From Candidatus Micrarchaeia archaeon (GTDB lineage: Archaea > Micrarchaeota > Micrarchaeia > Anstonellales > Anstonellaceae), in NCBI GenBank assembly GCA_041662045.1, contig JBAZTI010000001.1:41111-81920 (forward strand): DNA of 40,810 nucleotides, given 5' to 3'. The notes beneath the pieces are model-generated. The model ran no database searches and was not told the DNA's origin. It was given only the letters and a program-made list of their open reading frames with translations. Position 1 is the stretch's first letter, and each line of letters opens with the position of its first letter. Of the stretch, positions 16,533 through 25,090 are shown piece after piece. A program made the translations under genes and the position numbers.

Positions 16533-18011
16533 TTACCTCCTTTTTGCCCTTTTTCCCGGTCGCCTGGCGGTTTCCCCTGAAAGGATGGCGATCGCCTCCC
16601 CATTTTCCCTGCCTGGCTGGGAGAGCGCAGATAGAAGGTCGCGCTCCGACGCCCCAAGCTCGCGGAGCAGCGTGATTGCCGACGCGCGGCTGTGCCCTGC
16701 CTTTTCGACAAGGGCTGCGAATTCAGATGCCCCAAGCGAGAAGCTGTGCCGCTCGAATTCCAGGAGCACGGCGCGCGCCTGGGCGTCGGTGAGCCCGAAG
16801 GCAAGCAGCCTGGAGGAAAGCTCGCCGCGCTCGAATTTCAGGTCCATTCCACCACCCCTTATGCGAAGCCCCACCAGGAGGTCCTCCCCTTCCACCTTCC
16901 GCAGGATGAACGTGCGCGGGCAGGCGGCAGGCTGGGAGAATTCCAGGTGCACAAGGGCCTGCCCCACTGAAAGCGAGTGGGATTCCTCCTCGTAGAAATC
17001 AGAGTAGGAGAGCGAGGAGCGGACATAGCTCCGCTCCTGGGCATGCGTGAGGCGGAAGAGCAGCATGGTGCCGGCGTTTGAGAATATGCTCTTGTGGACG
17101 TCTGTCGGGTTCTGGCTTGCCACAATGAGCCCGAAGCCGTATTTCCTCCCCTCGCGCACTATGGAGACCACGTCCGAGCGCTCGTCGGCGGCGATTTTCC
17201 AGGCTTCGTCAACCACCACGAACAGGCGGGGCGCGCCTTGGCCGGGCGAATATTCCGAAGCCCGCATGCGCTCCTTTACGAACTGGAGGATGGAAAGCCC
17301 TGCAAGGCTGCGCAGCGACTCTGTGGGAAGGGAGTGCAAGTCCACGCACACCAGGCCCGAGGCAAGGGAGGAAAGCGGCAGGGTGGAGGATGTGAAAGAG
17401 CCGCCGGACGAGGCAATGAGGTTTTTTATGCGACGCGCGGCATCTGCGCGGTCTGCGCTTTTGCGCGAGCCCTTCCCAAGGGAGCGCAGCACGCTTTCAA
17501 GCGTGGGCGGTTTTTTCTTCTGCCCGGCCTTGCCCAGGGAAAAGCCTGTTTCCAGGTATGCCCGCTCGATTGCGTCCTCGGTAAGCCTGCATTGCGCAGG
17601 GGAGGATGAAACGTCCGTGAGCATGCGGAGCGAGTCCATCACCTGCTGCGTGCGCGTGCGGGGGGAGGCGCCTGCCGTGTCAAGCAGGTTTATGCCCTGC
17701 TTGCCGAAGGAGACCACCCTGCCGCCTGCACTTTTCACCCAGTCTGCGTATTCGCCGGCCCAGTCAAGTATGAGCGCGGACGAGCCAAGCGCGAGGCTGG
17801 CGCGCGTGATGAATGTCTTTACAAAGTAGGACTTGCCCGAGCCGGTGGTGCCCACCACGCACAGGTGGGGGTTGAGGAGCTTCTTGCTGTTCCAGAAAAA
17901 CGGCACGCCGAGATATTTTGTGCGCCCGACATAGACAGATTCAGATGGGGGGGACAGCAGCATTTCTGGGGAGGGCTCAGGCGGCCTGAAAAGGAAGCCG
18001 CGTGACGCCAT
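16533..18011 (-). CDS. HerA/FtsK-superfamily (DUF87, COG0433-like) P-loop ATPase lacking an obvious HAS-barrel
   Basis: Walker A GTTGSGKS, ILDWAGEY, Walker B LFVVVDEAW, and REGRKYGFGLIVASQNP. Start uncertain: ATG at 18011, with alternatives up to 18113. Confidence 0.75.
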   Translation of the reverse strand: MASRGFLFRPPEPSPEMLLSPPSESVYVGRTKYLGVPFFWNSKKLLNPHLCVVGTTGSGKSYFVKTFITRASLALGSSALILDWAGEYADWVKSAGGRVVSFGKQGINLLDTAGASPRTRTQQVMDSLRMLTDVSSSPAQCRLTEDAIERAYLETGFSLGKAGQKKKPPTLESVLRSLGKGSRKSADRADAARRIKNLIASSGGSFTSSTLPLSSLASGLVCVDLHSLPTESLRSLAGLSILQFVKERMRASEYSPGQGAPRLFVVVDEAWKIAADERSDVVSIVREGRKYGFGLIVASQNPTDVHKSIFSNAGTMLLFRLTHAQERSYVRSSLSYSDFYEEESHSLSVGQALVHLEFSQPAACPRTFILRKVEGEDLLVGLRIRGGGMDLKFERGELSSRLLAFGLTDAQARAVLLEFERHSFSLGASEFAALVEKAGHSRASAITLLRELGASERDLLSALSQPGRENGEAIAILSGETARRPGKRAKRR

Positions 18012-18040
18012 CTGCCCTGAAAGCACTTTCTGCGAGCAAA

Positions 18041-18055
18041 GCATGCCGCACATAA
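18041..18055. repeat. 15-nt direct repeat copy 1 (GCATGCCGCACATAA)
   Basis: Perfect copy of 18093-18107, in the spacer between the prs stop and the ATPase start. Confidence 0.6.
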
Positions 18056-18092
18056 GCATGAGGCGGCTCTGCCACAACACTCCACACGCGCG

Positions 18093-18107
18093 GCATGCCG
18101 CACATAA
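18093..18107. repeat. 15-nt direct repeat copy 2 (GCATGCCGCACATAA)
   Basis: Perfect copy of 18041-18055, 52 nt away. Confidence 0.6.
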
Positions 18108-18116
18108 ATGCAAATC

Positions 18117-19064
18117 TCAGAACCTGCCGACGATTTTCGCCCGAAGCACGTTGAGGATGTCGATTTTAGACGCCTCTGACGCTATTGTGTTGGATGCCAC
18201 TATCTCCTCGGCGCCAGCCAGCTGGAGCTTGGTGTAGGCATCCCCGAGGAAAAGCCCGTGGGTGCAGCCGCAGCACACTGACTTCGCCCCCCGCGCAAGC
18301 ACCGCCTTGGTGGCGCGGATCATGGTCCCGCCGCCGGCAATCATGTCGTCGAGTATCACCACGTCCCTGCCTGCGACCTCGAAGTTCGCGTCAAGGGACG
18401 CCACCTGGCGGACCGCGGTGCGCTTGCTGTTCTTGTACTCGCCGCGCACCTTCACCATGCTCTTTCCCTCGGCCTCGTTCACCATGTATGATGCGCCCTG
18501 GTCGGGGCTTATGAAAAGCGCATTGGGCTTCCTTGCCTTGAAGTACGAGACCAGCTCGTCGGAAAGGGAGAAATTGCGCAGCTGCAGCCCCTTGTAGGCA
18601 AACACGCCGGCTTGCTTGAGGAAATGGCAGTCGAATGTCGCGATGGATGTGAAGCCCGCTGCGGAAAGCATCTGCAGCACTATTTCCGCAGAGAGCGCCT
18701 CGCCGTGCTTCCAGATCTTGTCCTGGCGCGCGTAGGGGAGGTATGGGATGATTGCCTCAGTCCGGCTGGCGATTGCGCCCACGGTCTTGCCCATTATGAA
18801 AAGCTGGAGAAGGGAGGAGTCCTGCTTCGGGTAGCAGCGGTGCAGTATCTGCACGTTCTTGCCGTTGCATTCCTCCAGCCTGTGCATGAAGATGTGGGAC
18901 TCCTTGTCAGGGAAGTTCCTAAGCTCCACGTTGGAGGAGTAGATGTAGGAGCAGTTCTGGCTCACCATGAGGTGGTATGGCTTGCCGTCGGGGGCGGAAA
19001 TCTCGGATGGAGCCGGCTTGAATTCGGGCGTCTGTTGTGCGCCCCCGGTTGCTTGCGCGACCAT
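18117..19064 (-). CDS. prs: ribose-phosphate pyrophosphokinase
   Basis: YARQDK motif and PRPP-binding loop VVILDDMIAGGGTM. About 30-aa N-terminal extension if the start is at 19064. Confidence 0.85.
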   Translation of the reverse strand: MVAQATGGAQQTPEFKPAPSEISAPDGKPYHLMVSQNCSYIYSSNVELRNFPDKESHIFMHRLEECNGKNVQILHRCYPKQDSSLLQLFIMGKTVGAIASRTEAIIPYLPYARQDKIWKHGEALSAEIVLQMLSAAGFTSIATFDCHFLKQAGVFAYKGLQLRNFSLSDELVSYFKARKPNALFISPDQGASYMVNEAEGKSMVKVRGEYKNSKRTAVRQVASLDANFEVAGRDVVILDDMIAGGGTMIRATKAVLARGAKSVCCGCTHGLFLGDAYTKLQLAGAEEIVASNTIASEASKIDILNVLRAKIVGRF

Positions 19065-19111
19065 GGCAAGAATTGGGGCTTTTGAGTTTAAAAATGATGG
19101 TGCGGCAGCGG

Positions 19112-20956
19112 CTACCCCTTCGGCTTTTTGAGGAAGGAGCCTGCCTCGGCAGCATCCACCCTCAGGCGGTATTTTGCCATGAGGCTGGAAAAATCGAGGC
19201 TTTCCCCCTTGATGAGCGCCTCAAGTGCGCTTCCGGAGATTCTTTCAAGCGAAAGGGACTTTGCAGCGCCTTGGGGGGTTGCTCCTGGGTCCTTGCACAT
19301 TTCCCTCAATATATCCTGCATTGCGGCCTTTGCAAAAACCCCCTGCTGGCAGGCGGCAAGCGCGGAAAGCAGCCTTTCCTCGTCAAGCGCGCGCGTGCCC
19401 GCGCCTTCGCGCTTCAGGGATGAAAGCGAGTTCGTGATTGCCGAGGCTGCAAGCTTGCCGTCAATCCCGGCCTCGATTGCCGAGAGGTAAGCCGAAAGCT
19501 CTGGGGTGGGGGCGCGGCTCCTGTGGGAGGGCGAGTGCGAGAGGAGCCCCTTTGCAGATGAAAGCTGGGCTGAAAGCTCCGGGTTAAGCGAGGAAAGCGC
19601 GCTTTTTGCCTCCTCTTCGGCTTCGCGCATGGCAGCAGCGGCCTTTTTGGCTGCTGCGAGCATCCCTTGGGAGATTTCAATCGGTTCCACGTCGGTTTCA
19701 GGGTACATGCGCGCCCTGCCAGGAAGCGGGCGCATATAGCTTGAGGTGCCGTCAGGGTTTGCGCGGCGGGTTTCCTCTACGATGGAAAAGAGGGTTGCCC
19801 TGCCGAAAGCGGCTGCAAGCGCGGCGCGCGCCTTTTTCTCATCGGCGACAACGAGCAGGAAGGCGTCTTCCTTGCCGATTGAAAGCGCCACGCGCAGCTC
19901 TGAAAGCTCGTCGTCCGAGATGCCGTATTTGTCCATGCTCTCGTCAGAGTGCACAAGCCCGCGCACCCCGAACGCGCGCGCATAGTCGGCAAGCTCGCTG
20001 CCGAAGCGGCGGTTGGGGGAAATTTCCATGCCCAAAAGCCCTGCATACCTTGGCAGGGGCATGCCAAGCACGCGCGCCTTGCCCTTCAGCCCCTTGGCCA
20101 CCAGGGAGCACGCCGTATTGGAGAAAATTTCGGTAATGTCGAAGATGCTTTCAGGCGGGGCCTTGCCCGACAGGCGGGAGCGGGCCTCGTTGAGGATGGC
20201 AAGCAGCTTTTCCTGCCGCTGCACCTCCAGGTCCACGGTGAGTGCGATGAGCTGCAGGTCCTGCACGCCTTTTATCTCCACCCGCGCGCCGTTTGGTATG
20301 GAGATGTTGAGGTCCTGGCGTATGGTGCCTATGCCGCGGCTCACCAGGCCGGTTTTCCTAAGAAGAGTGCCTATGGCAAGCGCCGCCGCCCCTGCTTCCT
20401 TGCCCGAGCGCAGCGCTGGCGCGGTCGCGATTTCGACCAGGGGGATGCCAAGGCGGGACAGATCGTATTGCGCCGAGCCGTCCTTCCCCTCCATGATGCC
20501 TGCGCTTTCCTCCTCGATGCAGACCGTCTGTATGGGAAGGGGGCCGGAGGGGGTGGCAACCGAGCCGCCCAGCCCGACAACCGCGGTGCGCTGGAAGCCG
20601 GAAGTGTTGCTCCCGTCAATCACGTTCTTGCGCATTATGTGGAGCTCGTCCACTGCCTGGGAAGAGAGAAGGGAGCAGATGGCAAGGGCTGCGTGGAGCG
20701 CCCCGGGATCGAGGGCGTGTGGCGGCTCGTCGTCCATTTCCACGAGGCAGGTTGAGGCCGCGGGCGCAGAATATGAGAAGGTGCGGCTGCGGCTGGCTTC
20801 TGCCTTTGCCGCGGCATCCACCTCGCCAAGCTCTGAGCGCACTGTGTGTAGCCTGCGCGAAAAGCAGGTTTGTGCCCCTTGCTCGCCAGTAGGGGAGCAT
20901 GAGCAGAACAGCTTTTTGCCGGATAGCCTCTGGTGAATCTCAAGCCCGCACATCAT
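19112..20956 (-). CDS. gatE: Glu-tRNA(Gln) amidotransferase subunit E
   Basis: MMCGLEIHQRL... N-terminus and GatB/E core with a C-terminal YqeY-like tail. A GTG at 20965 is an alternative start. Confidence 0.9.
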   Translation of the reverse strand: MMCGLEIHQRLSGKKLFCSCSPTGEQGAQTCFSRRLHTVRSELGEVDAAAKAEASRSRTFSYSAPAASTCLVEMDDEPPHALDPGALHAALAICSLLSSQAVDELHIMRKNVIDGSNTSGFQRTAVVGLGGSVATPSGPLPIQTVCIEEESAGIMEGKDGSAQYDLSRLGIPLVEIATAPALRSGKEAGAAALAIGTLLRKTGLVSRGIGTIRQDLNISIPNGARVEIKGVQDLQLIALTVDLEVQRQEKLLAILNEARSRLSGKAPPESIFDITEIFSNTACSLVAKGLKGKARVLGMPLPRYAGLLGMEISPNRRFGSELADYARAFGVRGLVHSDESMDKYGISDDELSELRVALSIGKEDAFLLVVADEKKARAALAAAFGRATLFSIVEETRRANPDGTSSYMRPLPGRARMYPETDVEPIEISQGMLAAAKKAAAAMREAEEEAKSALSSLNPELSAQLSSAKGLLSHSPSHRSRAPTPELSAYLSAIEAGIDGKLAASAITNSLSSLKREGAGTRALDEERLLSALAACQQGVFAKAAMQDILREMCKDPGATPQGAAKSLSLERISGSALEALIKGESLDFSSLMAKYRLRVDAAEAGSFLKKPKG

Positions 20957-20968
20957 AGGAACCACTTT

Positions 20969-22318
20969 TCAGAAGCCAAAATCCACGGCTTCGGAGCGCT
21001 CGGAGATTTCGCCGGCCAGGTTTTTCTCCATGCGCTGCCGCACGCGCTCCATCTTTTTTTCGTGCCCAAGCACCCACATCAGCTTCACGTACGCCGCTTC
21101 GGGGGTGAAGTCGCAGAGGTGCCCGATGACGCCGGCCTCCCGCATGAGCCTGCCGGTCGAGTAGACGTTGAGGTTCACCCGCCCGTAGATCGTCTGAGGG
21201 GCGATAACGACCGGGATGCCTGATGAGATGAGGCTTTGCACTTCGCCAAGCAGGGAGGCCGAAAGGGGATCTGAAGAGGAATTGGCCGGGATGTGCCCGA
21301 GCCCTGTTCCCGCTATCACCACGCCATCGTATTTCGAGAGGCAGGAGATGGCTTCCGGCTTCATGCCAGGGTAGGAATAGAGAAGCGCCACGTTCGGGTT
21401 GAGCCTGTCGTCCAGCGCGAATTTGCCCTGCAAGCCCCTGCGGGGCGCAAGCGGGGAAATCCTCTCCGCCTTGCCCTGGGGCGCGAGTATGCGCGCCGCA
21501 GGAAGGGTGTTTATGGAAAGGAAGGCGTCGCGCCTCGAGGTGTGCATCTTGCGCACCTTGGCCCCGAAGTGGAGGAGGCAGGAGTCATCCGACATGTTTT
21601 CGTGCATGCAGACAAAAACCCCTGAGAAGTCCTCCTGGGCGGCAAAAAGCGCTGCGCGCATGTTAAGCTCTGCGTCTGACGAGCCCCTGTCCGAGCTTCT
21701 CTGGCTGCCTGTGAGTATTACCGGGCAGGCAAGGCCGGGCAGCATGAAGGAAAGCGCTGCGGATGTGAATGACAACGTGTCGGTGCCGTGCGTCAGCACC
21801 ACACCCAGCGCGCCGCCTTTTATCTCGTCTGACACGGCCTGCGCGGCTTTCTGCCAGTGCGCAGGCGTCATGTCTTCGGATGAGAGGGAGAAAAGCGACC
21901 TGGCGCGAAGGGGCGCCCTGGAGATGCCAGAGAACATCCCGACAAGCTCCTGCGGCGTGACTGCCGCGTCAACCGCGCCTGTCTTGTAGTCTATGCGCGA
22001 GGCAATGGTGCCGCCGCAGCCGAGTATGGAGAGGAAATCCTTTGCTGGCTGGGCGCCTGGGCGCGCTTTTGGCGCTGCAGAGGATGGAGGGGCGCCTTTT
22101 TCAACCACCTTGATGGCGGAGATGTTTTCCTGCCTTATGCCGATGTTGTAGCCCGACGGCAGCTTGAGCGCCATGGTGCCCGAGGTTGGCTGCGGAAGGA
22201 GGATGCCTTCCTGCTCGCCAAGGCTGCAGCTCACCTTCACCAGGTCGCCAGGCGCGGCCGCGCCTGCAGCCGCCTTGGCATGGGCGGAAGCCGATTTTTT
22301 GGATTTGGCCGGTGCCAT
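20969..22318 (-). CDS. gatD: Glu-tRNA(Gln) amidotransferase subunit D (asparaginase-like)
   Basis: GCGGTIAS and THGTDT asparaginase motifs. Directly upstream of gatE. Confidence 0.9.
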   Translation of the reverse strand: MAPAKSKKSASAHAKAAAGAAAPGDLVKVSCSLGEQEGILLPQPTSGTMALKLPSGYNIGIRQENISAIKVVEKGAPPSSAAPKARPGAQPAKDFLSILGCGGTIASRIDYKTGAVDAAVTPQELVGMFSGISRAPLRARSLFSLSSEDMTPAHWQKAAQAVSDEIKGGALGVVLTHGTDTLSFTSAALSFMLPGLACPVILTGSQRSSDRGSSDAELNMRAALFAAQEDFSGVFVCMHENMSDDSCLLHFGAKVRKMHTSRRDAFLSINTLPAARILAPQGKAERISPLAPRRGLQGKFALDDRLNPNVALLYSYPGMKPEAISCLSKYDGVVIAGTGLGHIPANSSSDPLSASLLGEVQSLISSGIPVVIAPQTIYGRVNLNVYSTGRLMREAGVIGHLCDFTPEAAYVKLMWVLGHEKKMERVRQRMEKNLAGEISERSEAVDFGF

Positions 22319-22340
22319 GCGTGGGAATTGGGCGCCGCAG

Positions 22341-22348
22341 TTTTAAAT
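22341..22348. promoter_or_regulatory. central TATA-like box in the gatD/DRG divergent spacer
   Basis: TTTTAAAT is centred at the midpoint between ATGs at 22318 (minus) and 22371 (plus), about 26 nt from each. Confidence 0.45.
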
Positions 22349-22370
22349 GGTTGGTGGCGCTAATAGGATC

Positions 22371-23459
22371 ATGGGATACGAGGAGAAGCTGCGCGAGCTT
22401 GAGGAGGAGATGGCGCGCACCCAGAAGAACAAGGCTACAGAGTACCACATTGGCCTTCTCAAGGCGAAAATCGCCAAGCTCAAGCGGGAGATAATAGCGC
22501 CTAAGAAGTCAGGCGTGAGGACCGGCGGCTTTGACGTCAAGAAAAGCGGGGATGCCACAGTCGTCTTCATAGGGCTGCCATCCGTGGGGAAGTCCACGCT
22601 CCTGAATGCGCTGACAGGGGCAAGGTCAAAAACCGCGTCCTATGCGTTCACCACGCTCACATGCATACCCGGAGTGATGGAGTACAATGGGGCGAAGATA
22701 CAGCTTCTGGACTTGCCGGGAATCATTGTTGGCGCAAAGGAAGGCAAGGGAAGGGGGAAGGAGGTGCTTGCCGTGGCAAGGAACGCCGACCTTGTGCTCA
22801 TCCTCCTTGACGTTTTCCAGCCCGGCATACTCTCGAGCATAAAGGAGGAGCTGGCGGGGATTGGCATCAGGCTGGATGAGGAGCCGCCGAAGATATACCT
22901 CACCAAGAAGCTGCGGGGAGGCGTGGAGATAAATTCCACTGTCCCGCTCACCAAGCTGAACGAGAAGATGATTACGGGCGTGATAAACGAGTACGGCATG
23001 CACAACGCCTCCATTGTCTTCCGCGAGGACGCGAACGTGGACAGGCTGATAGACGTGCTTGCAGGCAACCGCAAGTACAACCGCTCGCTCGTGGTGCTGA
23101 ACAAGGTGGACATGGTAAGCCCGGAGTACCTGAAGGCGATAACTTTCGACTATGTGCCGGTTTCCGCAGAGAAGTCGCAGAACATAGAGGGGCTGAAGAA
23201 GGCGATTTTCGACCACCTCAGGATGATGAGGGTGTACACCAAGCCGCGGATGGACGTTGCAGACCTGAAGGAGCCCATGATGATGAGGACCGGCGCCACC
23301 ATAGAGGATGCGTGCAACAGGCTGCACCGGGACCTTGCGCGCGACTTCAAGTACGCCCTGGTCTGGGGAAAGAGCGCAAAGTTCCCGGGGCAGAAAGTGG
23401 GCCTGCAGCACGTGCTGCAGGAAGGCGACATTTTCAGCATAATAAAAAAACAGGGCTAG
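22371..23459 (+). CDS. DRG-family (Obg-like) GTPase with a C-terminal TGS domain
   Basis: ATG at 22371. NKATEYHIGLLKAKIAKL, G1 GLPSVGKST, G3 DLPG, G4 NKVD, and a TGS-like tail. Confidence 0.88.
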   Translation: MGYEEKLRELEEEMARTQKNKATEYHIGLLKAKIAKLKREIIAPKKSGVRTGGFDVKKSGDATVVFIGLPSVGKSTLLNALTGARSKTASYAFTTLTCIPGVMEYNGAKIQLLDLPGIIVGAKEGKGRGKEVLAVARNADLVLILLDVFQPGILSSIKEELAGIGIRLDEEPPKIYLTKKLRGGVEINSTVPLTKLNEKMITGVINEYGMHNASIVFREDANVDRLIDVLAGNRKYNRSLVVLNKVDMVSPEYLKAITFDYVPVSAEKSQNIEGLKKAIFDHLRMMRVYTKPRMDVADLKEPMMMRTGATIEDACNRLHRDLARDFKYALVWGKSAKFPGQKVGLQHVLQEGDIFSIIKKQG

Positions 23460-23481
23460 CCGGGAGCAGGGGGCGCGCCGG

Positions 23482-23787
23482 CTATTTTTTCCTCATCTTC
23501 TTGTCCGTCATGAACGCCCCGCCGCGCTTCGAAAGCGCGATGCGCTCGGAAAAGTCAAGTATCTTAATCTCGTTGCCGCGCTGGATTGCGCTCACCATGG
23601 GCTCCCCTTCCTCGCTTGAGAGCGTAAGCTCCGTCTGCCCGGGAGCCACTGTGACTGCCATGCGCTGGCGGCGCCCGTTGAGGTCGAACTCGAAGCTGTA
23701 TGCCTTGCCGTCGGATGAGACGCGGACCTCCTTTATCCTGTCCCACTGTATGGTGCCTGGCTTGGGGAATTTTTCTCTGCCCATCAT
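23482..23787 (-). CDS. hypothetical protein (101 aa)
   Basis: ORF with coding-like composition. Last gene of a three-gene minus-strand unit. Confidence 0.45.
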   Translation of the reverse strand: MMGREKFPKPGTIQWDRIKEVRVSSDGKAYSFEFDLNGRRQRMAVTVAPGQTELTLSSEEGEPMVSAIQRGNEIKILDFSERIALSKRGGAFMTDKKMRKK

Positions 23788-23796
23788 ATCACTTGC

Positions 23797-23928
23797 TCAT
23801 TTATGGATGCAGGTGAGAGCCTGTTCGACCGCGGAGGCGAGAATCTGCCTGGAAGACGCATCCAGCTTGATTGCCCGGGGCTGCTGCGGGAGTTCGGCTT
23901 GCCTTTGCTTGAACATCGGGTCCGGCAT
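23797..23928 (-). CDS. candidate small ORF (43 aa), absent from the ORF track
   Basis: MPDPMFKQRQAELPQQPRAIKLDASSRQILASAVEQALTCIHK. Preceded by GAGGTG plus 5 nt overlapping the upstream stop. Its stop lies 9 nt before the next ATG. Confidence 0.35.
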   Translation of the reverse strand: MPDPMFKQRQAELPQQPRAIKLDASSRQILASAVEQALTCIHK

Positions 23929-23937
23929 AAAAACACC

Positions 23938-24357
23938 TCATGCGATTATTTCGTGGATGACCTCGCTGCCTTTCTGGTAGTGGCGCTCTGCAAGCTCGCC
24001 GTTCCTGAAATATGAAAGCTCTGTGAAATCGCCGACGCGCAGCGAGAATATGCATGTTTCCGAGTCTGTGGCTATCTTGATGCTGTAGATTGCCGCGCCG
24101 TTCTTCCTCACCTTTTCCTCAGCCCCGAACAATACCTGCGCGTCGCTGACCTTTTCCGGGTTTTTCATGATGTAGGAAAGCTCCTTGCCCATGGGCGTGC
24201 CTTTGGCATGGAACGGGTCCCTGTAGGCATTGAGGATTATCCTTGCCGCTTCCTGGAGGTTCTGGGCGTGCGTTTCCTTGTAGAATTCCGTGGTGAGCTT
24301 CTCAGGGGGGGAAAATGAGATTGCCGGCTTTGGCGCCTTGTATGCTTCGGTTGCCAT
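23938..24357 (-). CDS. hypothetical protein (139 aa)
   Basis: ATG at 24357 within tracked ORF 23938..24624. The upstream part overlaps the divergent promoter and the alkD-like gene. Confidence 0.5.
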   Translation of the reverse strand: MATEAYKAPKPAISFSPPEKLTTEFYKETHAQNLQEAARIILNAYRDPFHAKGTPMGKELSYIMKNPEKVSDAQVLFGAEEKVRKNGAAIYSIKIATDSETCIFSLRVGDFTELSYFRNGELAERHYQKGSEVIHEIIA

Positions 24358-24380
24358 GCCATATTTGTGTTGCCTGCGCC

Positions 24381-24388
24381 TTATATAG
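24381..24388. promoter_or_regulatory. central TATA-like box in a divergent spacer
   Basis: TTATATAG lies about midway between ATGs at 24357 (minus) and 24410 (plus). Confidence 0.45.
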
Positions 24389-24409
24389 CTTTTCGTCAAA
24401 TCCACGCTT

Positions 24410-25087
24410 ATGAAGGCATACGAGCTTTTGGCGCACCTGAAGAACAAGGGCAAGCCCAAGAACCTGGAGGGCATGGCGCGCTTCGGCATCAACGTGGAGA
24501 AGGCGTACGGCGTGCCCATCCCGGAGCTGCGCAGGCTTGCAAGGCACATAGGCCCGCACCACGGGCTGGCGTTCGACCTGTGGCGCACGGGCATCCATGA
24601 GGCCAGGATACTTGCGGCATACATTGACGATTACAAGCGCGTCAGCGAGAAGCAGATGGAGGAGTGGGTGAAATGCTTCGACTCCTGGGACCTGTGCGAT
24701 CAGGTGTGCGGCAACCTGTTTGACAGGACGGAGTTTGCGCACAGGAAAGCCATCGAATGGAGCTTCCGCAAGGAGGAGTATGTGAAGCGCGCGGGCTTTG
24801 TGCTCATGGCGACCCTTGCCGTGCATGACAAGCGCGCGGGGAAGGCGGCTTTCGAGAAGTTCTTCCCGCACATTGTGCGCGGCTCCACTGACGAAAGGAA
24901 TTACGTGAAAAAGGCGGTGAACTGGGCGCTCCGCCAGATAGGCAAGAGGAGCTTCACGCTCAACAAGGAGGCGATTGCAGTCGCGCGCGAGATTGCGAAA
25001 ATCGACTCGCCCTCGGCAAAATGGGTGGCATCAAACGCGCTTTATGAGCTTGAGGGAGAGGCTGTGCAGAAGCGGCTGACCGAATGA
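24410..25087 (+). CDS. DNA alkylation repair protein (AlkC/AlkD-like HEAT-repeat family)
   Basis: MARFGI...YGVPIPELRRLA...LWRTGIHEARILA...DSWDLCD...VKKAVNWALR matches the family pattern as I remember it. Confidence 0.75.
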   Translation: MKAYELLAHLKNKGKPKNLEGMARFGINVEKAYGVPIPELRRLARHIGPHHGLAFDLWRTGIHEARILAAYIDDYKRVSEKQMEEWVKCFDSWDLCDQVCGNLFDRTEFAHRKAIEWSFRKEEYVKRAGFVLMATLAVHDKRAGKAAFEKFFPHIVRGSTDERNYVKKAVNWALRQIGKRSFTLNKEAIAVAREIAKIDSPSAKWVASNALYELEGEAVQKRLTE

Positions 25088-25090
25088 TGC

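Noticed and set aside
17047-20936. Plus-strand ORFs (260, 171, 176, 268 and 307 aa) opposite the ATPase, prs and gatE
   Set aside because: They are shadow ORFs antisense to motif-bearing genes.
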